A DNA stretch of 62,895 nt, the filler included, from Choristocarpus tenellus KU-1152 (lineage: Eukaryota; Protista; Phaeophyceae): NCBI GenBank assembly GCA_964200185.2. It is 11 parts of 11 records of this genome, joined end to end, with 100 filler letters (N's around TTAATTAATTAA, not from the genome) between each part and the next. Parts side by side here need not be neighbours in the genome. Positions count along the whole stretch, not along the records: positions 37,938 to 53,212 come from CAXNAD020001026.1; positions 53,313 to 56,452 come from CAXNAD020022031.1; positions 56,553 to 62,895 come from CAXNAD020008350.1; 8 more parts are not named here. One strand, written 5' to 3'. Position 1 is the stretch's first letter, and every line of letters begins with the position of its first letter. The position numbers and the translations under genes were made by a program. This document shows, one piece after another, positions 51,901 to 62,895 of the stretch. A model generated the notes under the pieces. The model was not told the DNA's origin, did not search any database, and worked only from the letters and a program-made list of their open reading frames with translations.

Positions 51901-52242
51901 ATGTGTGAAATAACAATACCGGCAACTCAAACCCCAAAGTCGCCTGTTGTACAGGGTGCAGGAAGAGAAGATGGGATGAGATGGTTGGCAAAGGAGACCA
52001 GGCGTCGTCCAAGGCAGAGCAGTGAGCATATTTTGAGGGAGGGGCAACAAGAACGCAGTAGGAGGGGGCAGATCGGCGATAACTCCCAACGGAAATATAG
52101 GAGGATGGGACATGTATTGATCAGAGCAAATTCATTGCCAGAGGCTAGGGACAAAGAATGGAAACAGCGACAACCCAAGAGGTCGGGTACACTGAGGCGC
52201 ATGATTGCCCGTTTGTTTGGAAGGGGGTATCCAGATGAATAA
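39905..52242 (+). CDS. Ser/Thr protein kinase, CAMK group (SNF1/AMPK/CIPK-like), 7 exons, 759 aa, long disordered C-terminal tail
   Basis: Exons 39905-40003, 40506-40626, 41370-41524, 41793-41891, 42547-42713, 49261-49420, 50764-52242; all phase-consistent, 2280 nt. Motifs IGRGSSSEV, VAIK, HRDMKPEN, DFG, CGTPYYTAPE, DVWSSG, PDKR...HPW. Confidence 0.95.
44460..44685 (+). repeat. Dispersed repeat in kinase intron 5 (copy of about 32250-32445)
   Basis: Same conserved blocks as the 32250 copy. Confidence 0.8.
46900..47060 (+). mobile_element. Decayed Ty3/gypsy-like reverse transcriptase thumb fragment
   Basis: MEILSQY...PDKLKSIRE*PHHNVNVVRRQLGL resembles the FLGH...PxKxxAIxEWPxPxNVxxVRxFLGL consensus, with W replaced by a stop. 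Confidence 0.45.
47151..47493. mobile_element. Foldback-type MITE with long imperfect TIRs (about 140-bp arms)
   Basis: About 47177-47290 (AAAGGGTTGGCAAACGAGTTAA...AAATGAAAGCTCTGG...TAAGCTA) is the reverse complement of about 47350-47465; ends approximate. Confidence 0.8.
47530..48000 (+). mobile_element. Decayed 3' end of an RLE-type non-LTR retrotransposon
   Basis: Across frameshifts: MEDDSLFTVNRIFHISVVFHGGALLDADSAPYQDK...RHISFDLNTCTVERFGCLGK...FLDELINHAVGGR...VVSITTQMALS, resembling the restriction-like endonuclease C-terminus (LAVESFGRLG...FIDEL). Recognition only. Confidence 0.55.
48568..48829. mobile_element. MITE family C (262 bp, GAGTCAA termini, 3-bp TSD AAT)
   Basis: Left GAGTCAAGGTAAAGAGAGGTACCCAAGGTTGA; reverse complement of right end GAGTCAAACAATGCGAAAGGTACCCAGGTTTTGA; AAT on both flanks. 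Confidence 0.7.
49678..49932. mobile_element. MITE family A, copy 2 (255 bp, 4-bp TSD ATGA), in kinase intron 6
   Basis: GAGTGAAAGTATCTTAGAGGG ... CCCTCTAAGATATTTTGGCTC; ATGA at 49674-49677 and 49933-49936. Confidence 0.85.
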
Positions 52243-53132
52243 TATTTCCTTATCTACGATGATTTAAGCATGTCTTGGGTGTTGGAGAGGAGTCCTGGTA
52301 TCCTTCGAGGATCTGGAATGATGGTAATGTGTTTAGTTGAGAGATGAATGCATGAGGATTCATTGAGTGTTGTACTTGAATGTAGTGGACATTTTTTTTT
52401 TCTGTGTGGTCCAGTTGATGAGTTTGAACCCAGCTTTATTCGTACTGTAGGGTGTGTGGATTGAATGTTCTTTAAATGTTTGACATGAAACTCACGTATA
52501 GTGTGATTTTGAAGTTGCTTCACTAATTTGAATAGTTATTTTGAAGAGTGTTACGTTTTCTGAAGGGCGTTGGAAGTATCTGTGGGGATGGTGCAGCAGG
52601 GGAACTCCCCGTCTCATAGATCATTAAGTGATGTGTGTGGTTCAGAAGATGCTGTGTTTAGGTGTTGCACCAATTATCGTATGTGAACTCCAAATACTGA
52701 AGTTTTGGAGGAGGGATAGTACGTTTTCTTGGTCACTTCAGAGTAGTAAGACTCAGTGCTTACTGAAGTGTGGATGTGGTGTTGGTGGTGTTAGTGTTTG
52801 AAGGCACCCTTTGCTATTTGTTTTGTGCGCCTAATCTCTCCCATAGTTATCAGTGAGCTTTGTGACTGGAACGATGCAGCTCCTAATAGAGAAAAGCTCG
52901 AACACAGTTTGTAAATAGCAGTCAGCGTGATTGTATGTGGGGTGACTGTTTTTGGAAAGAGAGAAAATCAAAGGCGAAGAATTTATTGGCCAGGTTTTGC
53001 TAATTACTTGCATTGTATGAGTGGGTTTACCCCCTACTTTGATAATGTCGATTGATGCTTTTAGGTGTGTTCTAGAAGTGTGGACACGCAACAATTTTTC
53101 CTGTTTGTTGCATTTTGTTTTTTTGTGCAATG

Positions 53133-53181
<49 letters not shown>

Positions 53182-53903
53182 CCTTCCCCCATCCACTTTC
53201 CTCCATACATCANNNNNNNNNNNNNNNNNNNNNNNNNNNNNNNNNNNNNNNNNNNNTTAATTAATTAANNNNNNNNNNNNNNNNNNNNNNNNNNNNNNNN
53301 NNNNNNNNNNNNATAATTAAAAAAAAAAAAACACAGCCCCCCCCCCCCCTCTTTATTTTTTAAAAAAAAAAAATACACCCCCCCCCCCCCCCCCCCCCAA
53401 CCCCCCTGGAAATGACATATTCTCTTCATCAGATAATAGACACAAATTATCGAGACTACTGCTATTGTTCTGACAATTCCCATTTTTTTTTATTCTGCAC
53501 ATGTCAAAATGACAATGCGATCCTCAAAATCTGATCCTTTACATATACTCCCTCTGTCCCATAAGGAGGTACATGCCTTCATGCATGTACCTCCTCGGGA
53601 TGACCTCCGATTTAAAAAGAACGGATTCTCGCGTTGGATCCCTCGGGAAAAAAAAATCTTCCGCAAGATAAAGATGAATTACATACGAAAAAAAACAACA
53701 AAACTGATCTGGACCGCGTTGAAACAATAGACTACTATTTTTTAATTATTATTTCTATTATACTCCGGAGTATGTACACAAATACATACATACATATATA
53801 TATAATATATATATATAAATATAAATATAAATAAATAAAACATATAATTACGTACATTAAATAAGTACACACCGAGTACATTAAATAAAAAAATAAAGAG
53901 TAG

Positions 53904-53936
<33 letters not shown>

Positions 53937-54053
53937 AACGTGAGAGAGAAATGGACATCTGAAGCCATTAATTACCCTGTCCTCTTCTCTCTCTCTCTCT
54001 CTCTCTTTGTTCTCAGGATAAATTCAAAGTTCAAAGTTCAAAGTTCAACCTAC

Positions 54054-55974
54054 CTGCGCGACAGTGTGCTGCCCCACATGCCTGGCAGCCTCCGACACAT
54101 CCAGGAGGTGTTGCAGTACAAGGTGGCGTGTGCGTGGACCTGCTTGTTGGTGATGCAGGACACGGAACATTCCCTCCCTGTTCCTCGTAACCGTCCAACA
54201 AAAAAATGAAATAAAATAAAATAAAAACAAAAAAGCCCGCGTTCGGAAGGACGTTACGGATTTGATTTTTTTTTTTTTAAGGTTTTAGGATCTGAGGCAA
54301 AGGGGGGTTGGGGTGGGGGGGTTGGGGGGTGGAGTGGGTGGGAGGGAGGTGGTGATTGATGGTCCTGGAATCCCTTTTCAACTTTGCAAGGATAAAAAAA
54401 ATAGGTCATCGTGTGCTATTAGTGGAAGGTATACACTTGAACATGCAAGCACATACACACACACACACATATATATATGTCTATATAAATATCTATGTAC
54501 CTTGAAGCATGATCTTTTCCATGGGCTCTGGGTTATAGGGTTATATAATTTTTATCTTGAATACTCTATAGTAAGTACACAGTAGTAGGAAAGATTGAAT
54601 GGAAGTTTAATTGAGAGTTGTTAAAACGTGACTAGCTCTTTGGTCTGGGGTGGTCCTAACCCTAACCCTAACCCTAACTCTAACCCCTAACGATTATAAT
54701 AAATATATGAAATTTTGATTGAGAGATGTTGAAATATGACCTATGGGCTCTTTGGTCCAGGGTTGGCCTTAGGTAAGGGATCATCCAATATTCTTTTTTA
54801 GTTCTGTTAAAATAATAATAAAATAAAATAATAAGATAACTCCTCCCCCTTTACAAGATATATATATATATATATATATTTATTTATTTTGTATATATAC
54901 ATACACTGTTGAGTAAATGCTTTTTAGGTAAAAGGGTCAGGCCTCAGGCTACCAGTAGCAATCAGAGTGGAGTGGGAGTCCCACAGCAGCCACATGCCCA
55001 ATCATACTTTTTATTATTATATATATATATAAAATTATTGTATCCTTCACGTTTTTTCTACAATCAAGTTGAGCACATTTAGTTAGGATTAGGGTTAGGA
55101 TTAGGGTTAGGGTTAGGGTTAGGGTTGGCGATTTGGGGAGTTGTGGGTGGTGACCGAAGGAACAGATTTCTAAGAACAATAGTCAGGGTTAGGGATAGGG
55201 TTAGGGTCAGGATGGCACGAAGCAGTGAGATGTGGGGAAAGAAAAAAAAGGGATAGGGTTAGGGTTAAGCAGTGAGATGTTGGTATGTCCTGTGTCCTGC
55301 CGTGTTTTTTTTTTACCTTGGGTATGTTGGTTCTCGCTGTTAATGCAGTTACTGGAACCTAATAATCAATTATGGTACATATGGGCGTAAAATAAAAACA
55401 AATTAAATCTAAGGACTCCAGAAAGGCTGAATGGCGTACTGGTTGGACACTCAACAAGGTAGAAATTATTTTTTCAAAGTCAAACCCATTGTAGAACAAA
55501 AAAAACACTATCTCTCTTTACGTATTTTCATTGGATTCTTGAATTACCCCCCCCCCCCCCCCCCCCCTCCAACCCCTCCCTATCCCCCTCCCCAGAAGAA
55601 GGATTGATCTACTTCATTTACCTGTGGTCTTGCTCACACAACCTGAAATACTTAACACACACCTTTACGCATCCTTACGTACATAGATACTCATCTACAC
55701 ATGCACACGCATGCTCATATAGACATACATGTGCACCTCTACACCTCAACACCTCTACACACATAAACATAGATACATACATAATACACATAGAGACTCA
55801 CACACACACACACACACACATGCAAATTGTATGACACATAAAGCAGCGTAAGACAGGTCATACATGATCCACACCACACACCACACACCTCAGGGCCAGT
55901 ACCGGCTCTATCAAGTCAAAGCTCTCCCTCGCCGCATTTGAACGATCTCTCCAAACTCGAGACAATTCTGATGC
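54054..55974 (-). CDS. ATM: ATM/Tel1 PIKK kinase, two FAT-domain exons
   Basis: Exons 55974-55889 and 54177-54054 join in phase 2: ASELSRVWRDRSNAARESFDLIEPVLALR|EGMFRVLHHQQAGPRTRHLVLQHLLDVSEAARHVGQHTVAQ, matching the ATM FAT pattern W...F..EPIMALR..IL..L...HLVELS.LAR as I recall it. Confidence 0.75.
54654..55267. repeat. Interstitial telomere-like tracts in the ATM intron, in both orientations
   Basis: (CCCTAA)n at about 54654-54691; (TTAGGG/TTAGGA)n at about 55082-55126, 55186-55210 and 55249-55267. Confidence 0.9.
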
Positions 55975-56552
55975 CTACGAGTGGAGTGAGGTAGAGTCAC
56001 AGGACAGGACAAAAGAAAAGCAAGCGCAAAAGGGGTTGCCGATCACACAAAAAATCGGAACAAAAAATCAGAACCTTTTCCGCACAGGAACAAGGGACAG
56101 GAACAAGGGACCGGGGAGGTTATCACAATATGAACGGGGGGGGGAACAGCTAGGTGGACAGATGATCCACAAGGTCTGTTATTAGTAAGTACCCCAGGGG
56201 TCCGAGCAACAGACATATAGACACATATTATGCTAAAATGAATAAATCCAATGACCCTACCGATCTCTTTCTTCGGCAAAAAAATCTCGAGCGCAAAAAA
56301 GCGATTGGTCATTCTTTGCAAATAATTATAAAAAATGTTTAGAGAGGGAAGTGTTTTTTTTTAACCCCCCCCCCCCCCTCCCCCCTTATTTTTTTTTTAG
56401 CACACGAGGGGGGACGGGGACGGGGATGGGGTGGGAGGGGGGGGGGGCGGGGNNNNNNNNNNNNNNNNNNNNNNNNNNNNNNNNNNNNNNNNNNNNTTAA
56501 TTAATTAANNNNNNNNNNNNNNNNNNNNNNNNNNNNNNNNNNNNNNNNNNNN

Positions 56553-56637
<85 letters not shown>

Positions 56638-56660
56638 AACTAATGTGTGTGTGTGTGTAT
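56553..56660. repeat. (TG)n microsatellite at contig start
   Basis: Directly visible. Confidence 0.95.
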
Positions 56661-58718
56661 GTGCGTGATGGTCAGAGCCATCGGTAGCTGTCGTTGTCTC
56701 TCCCACTTCACACTTGCATCATTTTTTTTTTTTGCTTTAAAAAATAAGAATAATAATAATATTAATTATAATAAAGTTGGTAATAATTTTAAACACCGGT
56801 TAGTAATACTTCAATACTTTGCGATGCAGATATAGGTGTGGGGGTGGTCACATCTTCTCCCTTTTATAAATGAGTCGTCGTGTACTTAGAGGGACTTGTC
56901 GTGAGGTATTTATTTGTCCTGTGACTCTAATCTGGCACTCTTTTTCTTATGGCCCCGGAATATGATTTCACACTTGCATGTTTACCAATGTTTTTTTATT
57001 TATACAATAGTTGCAGCCTCCTTCCTAAGGGGGGGGGGGGGGCTATCTGCGTTTCAGGTGTGAAAATGAGGAACCAGGTGGAACGTTTTGTAGCCTTAAG
57101 TGCTGCAATTGGCATTAAAATTATAATCTCTGTAGGACAGGATAACCTATTGGAGGTCTTACGTCATCAGGCAGGCACATTTCAGTTTTTTTTTTTTTAC
57201 TGTTTGTATTCTCGCTAGTTAAAAAAAAAAATGTTTTTCATAGGGAGTGGGAACTCCCTTTTATTTGTTGTTTCACGATAGTGAAGATTTTTTTGCCGTG
57301 TGTTGTTGTGACTGATTAAAGAAAATAATCATACTTAAATATATATAAATATAAATATATATCTATTCACTTTTAGTTTTTTGTGGTATATCTTTTTTTG
57401 GTACACTGTGTTTCTGTGGTTAATTCGAATATATTATTTTTTTATTGAGATTTTTTGCTTGTTCGTAGGGCCTTTAGATAGTAGAGCTGTGCTGGGCTGC
57501 AGGCTGGTTTGGAGCTATGAAAATGGCCAATCAGATGGGGCTGTGGGTCACCCTGGGTGAAGTATGTTTTAACAAGGCTGGACTGTGGGCCTGGTCCAAC
57601 AGGCCAGTTAAGTTAAACTGCTGATGTGTTGCAATGCCCTGGTTTCAAACACTGAGTTGGTGCTTGCCTGTGAGGGAGAGGTGAGGGAGGCTTACATAGC
57701 ACAGCTGTGGAGGTTGAAGTTGATGTGAGAATTTCTGTACAAGTATGTGAGGTTTACATTGTGTGCTGGCATTTGAATGCTGGCTGGTGACAACAGAGCT
57801 AGGTCATAGAGGTGTACACGGTCTCTGCGTGTACAGTGTCGTGTGGAAAATGATTGGAAAATTATTAGTGGAGTACTTCGTAGTCCCTGACAGCGATCAA
57901 GAATTCCCAAAAAGAACAAAAAATAGTTGGTCCTTTTTTCTTTTTCCGCTAGCGAATTGTTATGCCTGCCCTGCCCCCCCTTTTTGTCAGTTGACCTTTT
58001 TTTTTTCTTTTCAAACTTCAACCGCCCTGCTGATATTGTAGTCCAAGGCTCAGCAGCGTCCTTTCTCGCAGTCAGCGGATTGAAGTATCCCGGTCAGTAT
58101 CGTTTTTCCTTTTTTTCACATGAACCTGGCTTATTGTTTTTTCTGGGATTATTTATTTTGCAACCCGCCTTTATTTAAAATGGCTCAAGTCAAGTAAATT
58201 TTTAAAAACAATTGTTCCAAGTTCTGATACCCCCTGGTTACGACTGGGACCGAAAAGAAGAAAAAAAGAAAAAAAAAGAAGCGAACTTTATGTATTTGTT
58301 CTGGAATGCAAGTTTCGACACGATCGATCGGATCTTCTGAGCGTGCATTTCGTAGGGGTGTGAATCTGTTCCTGAAGGATATCCCAATTCTATGCATACG
58401 TTGCAATTGAAAGTTCGATGAATCTGTGATTCGTTTGCTCTGCGCGCTTACATGTTCGAGATCTATTTTTATTTTATTTTATTTTATTTTATTTTACAGT
58501 ATTTTCAAGAGGGAGGGGAGTGCTGCTACCGTACGTTTTGTGTTCTTGAGTGTTTAGCGTCGTGAATCTTTGTTTTTTTGTTGTTTAGATTTGATTTGAT
58601 TAAACAAAAAAAAATAGTCATTGAGTGAAACGAATCCGTCCGTCTGGTACTCGATGATTTGAACCCTGTATTGATCGACCCTCCTCCTGCGATCCCTCCC
58701 CCTCCCACAATGCCACAG

Positions 58719-59020
58719 GTCCTTTATAACATGGGACCCAGCACAATAGGGTTCTCCTGCCCCCCACCCAACAAGCCTGTGGCCTGGGGATCGGTGCCCT
58801 TCGAGCCTTTGTTCCGGTGTCTTTGTCACGAGAACATTGCCCTACTATTTTCGTGTCTACTCCTTGAGGGGTGCGATCTAGGACCTGTTTTGACGATGTG
58901 TCTTACCCCGGATACACACGAACAAACATACCTGCAAACACATCAAAGAGCCAGTTGGAAATGTTAGGGTTAGGGTCTTGGTCTTGTCAGGAGGACAACA
59001 GTACAATCATATGGAACCCG

Positions 59021-59079
<59 letters not shown>

Positions 59080-59101
59080 TCCGCGTCTCCCTGTTCTTTT
59101 T

Positions 59102-59132
<31 letters not shown>

Positions 59133-59227
59133 GTTTTTTTNNNNNNNNNNAAAAAACAAAAAACAAGTGAAAAAGGTGGGGGTAAATTTTTGGTAGCTGT
59201 TTGGAGTCTTACGGGGCAAAACATTGA

Positions 59228-59261
<34 letters not shown>

Positions 59262-60362
59262 ATGGATCCACCCTCTGTGTGGTACGAGGTATCGTCTGTA
59301 TGCCGTAATGAGTGTACTTTTGTACTGATTTGTTGTGTTGGAAATATGCCAATTTGAATAATTCTCAGGTGCCCCCCTTCCCCGTGAAAGCTCTCTGAGG
59401 CTCAACTTGGATAAACACACATCCACATGAATGGAATACAAATGTCTGATTGGCAAAGGGTCCTTATGAAGCCTTTGAAACTGCCGTTAGAAGGGATGGT
59501 TAGGAGATCACGGAGGCTTTGTTGACTGTGTACCTCCGGACTATATAAATTCATGTGTTGATGGGATGCCCAGAGTGTGCCCAGTTCTCTGGCAATGTGC
59601 CTTTGCGATCGATCTCTGTGTTCTTGTGTTTGCTGTTTTGTACTTGTTGAAGTCATTGTACCTTTTTGAAGGTATTGTACCTTTTTCGAGTCGAGTCAAT
59701 AATATTTTCGAAATTCAAAGGAGTCCGATGTTATGTGAGCCAGAAACCTGGGAGTATTTCAGTTGTTTCAGCTGGCAATACTGAGGATGAGTGTGTTGGT
59801 TGGGTACTTGACTTTGTAGCACTTTGTAATGCCATAACGTTTTCTGTAGCACTCCGTAGCAATCTGAAACATTGCTAAGTTGCTACACAGCATCTTGGCA
59901 CCCCCAAACAGTATTCGCCCACCTAGTCACAAGGCAGTGATCCTCTATGAAGCCCTAAATGTGTGTACTTGCACACGCCTGATGGTGTATTAACACCATG
60001 CACTTGATAAGCCAACAGATGTGCTACTTCGAATTATGTATGAAACAAGTCATTCATGTGTGTGTGTGTGTGTGGTTTGTTTCTTTTTTCCCCCTTGCAT
60101 GAAACAGGTCAGTGTTGCTCAAGAGCTCTCAGTTCAGCCTCCTAACCAACTGTGCTGAGGTATGAAAGGCGTTGTTGTACATGTTTTGGCCCAAAAAAAT
60201 TGTCGTTGCACGGTGATTAGATTAGTACTCTGTGGTGGGTTAAGTTAAGTACATGTGCTTCCATCCAAGACACCAGCTACCCTGTTGGTTTGTTGATGGC
60301 GCTCCTAGCAGCCGAAGCGCTCTAGGAGATCAACTCGGGCATCAAACTCCACAGCATCGCAG

Positions 60363-60394
<32 letters not shown>

Positions 60395-60562
60395 GCGGTG
60401 TAGATAACATTTAATATTTTATTGTACAGTACAACAGTACACAAAGAGATTATGGGGGGGGGGGGGGGGGGTTGTGCACATGGAAGGTCAGAAACACTTT
60501 TTTCTTTATNNNNNNNNNNTATATAATTTTTTATTTGTTTTTAGAGGAAAAAGAAAAGAAAA

Positions 60563-60593
<31 letters not shown>

Positions 60594-61625
60594 GGTTCCA
60601 AATGGTTGGCAAAATACTTTTTTCTTTCATATAAAGGGGGATAAACGATAATAATAATGTGTATTCTTGTATTTTCAGGTGACTTGTTCGGTCTTGAGAA
60701 AGATAGGACATTGATTTTTTTTTATCTAAAGTTTTTTCGAACGGAATTGGGTAGAGAGGGATGCAAGGAGCGCGAGAAGGCATTGCTCATGGTCGACGAG
60801 GGTTAGGGTTCCACGACAAATGGCTGTGTCCTGTAGTGTGTCTGTGACTGTTTGTAGCAATCTTCAGCTAGGGAGTAGTGGTGTGTGTTTTGCCTCTGCT
60901 GTAGACTTTTTTTTTGTAGTGTTAGGGTTACCCCCTGTCGAATAGAAATGGTTTAAAGAAAAAACAATTCACTTGAGTGGAGAACAAGTTATGACCCTGT
61001 TGGATGGGTGGGGTAGCGAGTGCCGTCTCACGAGAAAAGAAAAAAAAATACTGGAAAAAAAATACTGGAAAAAAAAATCAAGAGTCATGCATCGAGAGAA
61101 TCACCTTTTATCTCCCCCCCCCCCCCTCGCTTGGGCGGTTTTGATGGGATCTCAAATTATTATTTTTTCTCATTGTCATTTTTAATTTTTTGTTATGAAA
61201 GACTTGTGAAAATACTAAGTTAGGCCTGATGGATGGACTTGTCGTTGGTCGAAGTAACTACTTAAGTTTAGGGTTAGGGTTAGGGTCAGTGCTCAAACGT
61301 ACACTGATCGGTTCACCTTTGGTGATGGCCTTATTCAATCACGTGTTGAATGTGCTGCTTGCTGCTACAAGTTGAGCTAGTTGTGCCTGCCCTCTTTGTA
61401 AATATACGAGTTGAACATGTTGGCACACCTCCTGCTGCCTGCTCTTAAGAATTTGGCATTGATCACATCTGTGGGAGAAAGAGTATGACTATGCTGTTTG
61501 TGTCTACAGGTCCTTGCGCTGCTGCTCTATCCCCTCTCCTGGGCTCATGTGTATATCCCCATTTTGCCGGAGTCTCTCATGGGTGTGCTTGGGGCGCCCC
61601 TCCCGTTCCTGGTTGGAGTCCACAG
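58719..61625 (+). CDS. DENN-domain protein (Rab GEF family), paralogue 2, internal exons
   Basis: Phase-consistent exons 58719-58870 (...VPFEPLFRCLCHENIALLFSCLLLEG), 60108-60159 (SVLLKSSQFSLLTNCAE), 61510-61625 (VLALLLYPLSWAHVYIPILPESLMGVLGAPLPFLVGVH). A downstream INFVDLD near 61835 may be a further exon. Confidence 0.92.
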
Positions 61626-61633
61626 GCGAGGGG

Positions 61634-61752
61634 TTGTGTGTGTGTGTGTGTGTTGTGTGTTGTGTGTTGTGTGTTGTGTGTTGTGTGTTGTGTGTTGTGT
61701 GTTGTGTTGTGTGTGTTTTGTGTCGTGTACTTGTTGCGTTTGTGTGTGTGTG
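61634..61752. repeat. (TG)n/(GTGTGTT)n simple repeat in DENN intron
   Basis: Directly visible; source of the CVLCVVC ORFs. Confidence 0.9.
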
Positions 61753-62895
61753 AGAGAGAACTGATGTTAATGAGGGGCCTTTGTGACTGCCTTTTGAATT
61801 GGATGTCATGGGCAGGATCGTGTATTCAGGAAATGATAAATTTCGTTGACCTGGATGCACCTTCTGTATCCACAGACTCCTGTAGGGGGCTGCATAGCAT
61901 TCAGATAATGGAAATGGGGCATCAGGCACAACATTTTATGTATCCCCCTCAGGAACGAAGTTGACAAAATCCCCCCCCCCCTCTCTAGGATAGTTTTGAG
62001 TCTGTGCAGCGGGGCCAGGGCATGCGCCTGTATATTATTTTTAGTTGTGGCACTTAACAGTATGGCTCATCAGTTGTAGTGATTGATAACGTTGATCAAA
62101 ATATAGGCTGGACCTTCATTCTCTGGTCTTTGACACGTTCAAGGTGTACCTGCAATAGTACCAGCGCTGGTACTTTTTTTGCTCTAGGTATGGTACGAAC
62201 AGGATGGGACCGGTCATCTCATGGTACTGTCGTCAAGTTCCTAGTAGTCTTGCATAGAGACAGAGATAAAATATTTTTGGGGTTTCATTGTTTTTTTGGC
62301 GTTACAGAAAAACTTGTTTGTCCCCCGAGGTATGATGTGACTCATTTTCCAGAATTACCTTTTCGAGATTATCCAGAGGGCATTCATTTCTGGGTTGTAG
62401 TTACGCAACAGTACGTCTACTTCACGTGGTTGACCATCTACACATTGGGGTCGCCTTCAACTTCAGATCCTTGACACAACAGCCCTCAATTTGCTTGTCG
62501 TCAAATGCGCCCATGCTTCCCTACTAGTGCACTGAAGCAACCAATGGACGATTGGGATTACCTCACTATCTTCTTCCCCCCCCCCCCCGGCCCCTCTTAC
62601 TAATTAATTGCATTGCTCTACGCTTGCCCTACACTAAAACTCGAGCAGTAGCTTTCTGGACAACAGCGCATTCGACCTACCTGGCCACGTCACTCTGGTA
62701 TGCTTGAAATTTAATTGGTGTCGAGACTTCTTGTTTTAGTGAGGGGGGTAGTGTATTTTATGTTAGGTTCAGTGCTGGGGATAGGGTTAGAGTCGAATCA
62801 TCGGTCAAGCACACCCTCGAAACCATCTCGTACTTGCGGTAAGCCCCTCCCCTCCCCCCCCCCCCCCCCCCCCCCCCCCCCCGCCCCCCCCCGCC

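Noticed and set aside
54654-55267. True chromosome end or telomere fusion
   Set aside because: The tracts are short, degenerate and lie between two ATM exons.
13616-56552. Regularly recurring TTAATTAATTAA motif as a biological repeat
   Set aside because: Always embedded in exactly 44+44 Ns; it is a synthetic six-frame-stop linker.
1-62895. Co-location of TTLL, Myb, USP, TFIIS-N, DENN, kinase and ATM as a gene cluster or system
   Set aside because: Each lies on a separate concatenated contig, so adjacency is artificial.

Overview
This window is not one locus. It is 11 unrelated eukaryotic contigs joined by an artificial 100-nt linker (N44-TTAATTAATTAA-N44, stops in all six frames): 1-13615, 13716-17191, 17292-21564, 21665-24355, 24456-27262, 27363-31629, 31730-34914, 35015-37837, 37938-53212, 53313-56452, 56553-62895. 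The genome is intron-rich with interstitial TTAGGG tracts; a brown alga or related stramenopile is my inference, not shown by the sequence. Two genes can be spliced by hand end to end: a TTLL3/TTLL8-type tubulin glycylase with a long IQ-like repeat tail (minus, 299-7018) and a CAMK/SNF1-like Ser/Thr kinase (plus, 39905-52242). Partial genes are a Myb factor, a USP9/24/34-type deubiquitinase, a TFIIS N-terminal (LW) domain protein, two DENN paralogues, ATM FAT-domain exons and an orphan coiled-coil protein. Mobile DNA includes copia LTR/gag relics, a gypsy RT fragment, an RLE-type non-LTR relic and several MITE families with TIRs and TSDs. Best leads: the glycylase-IQ fusion, which needs a 43-nt intron or a frameshift to be translated; relaxed splice signals (three candidate GC donors, many AAG acceptors); a near-perfect 43-bp hairpin; GAG-terminated MITEs with 4-bp TSDs; and a (TTAGGG)3-delimited 72-bp tandem unit. 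I cannot demonstrate a new multi-gene system, and adjacency across linkers is meaningless. All family assignments are from motif recognition; no searches were run.
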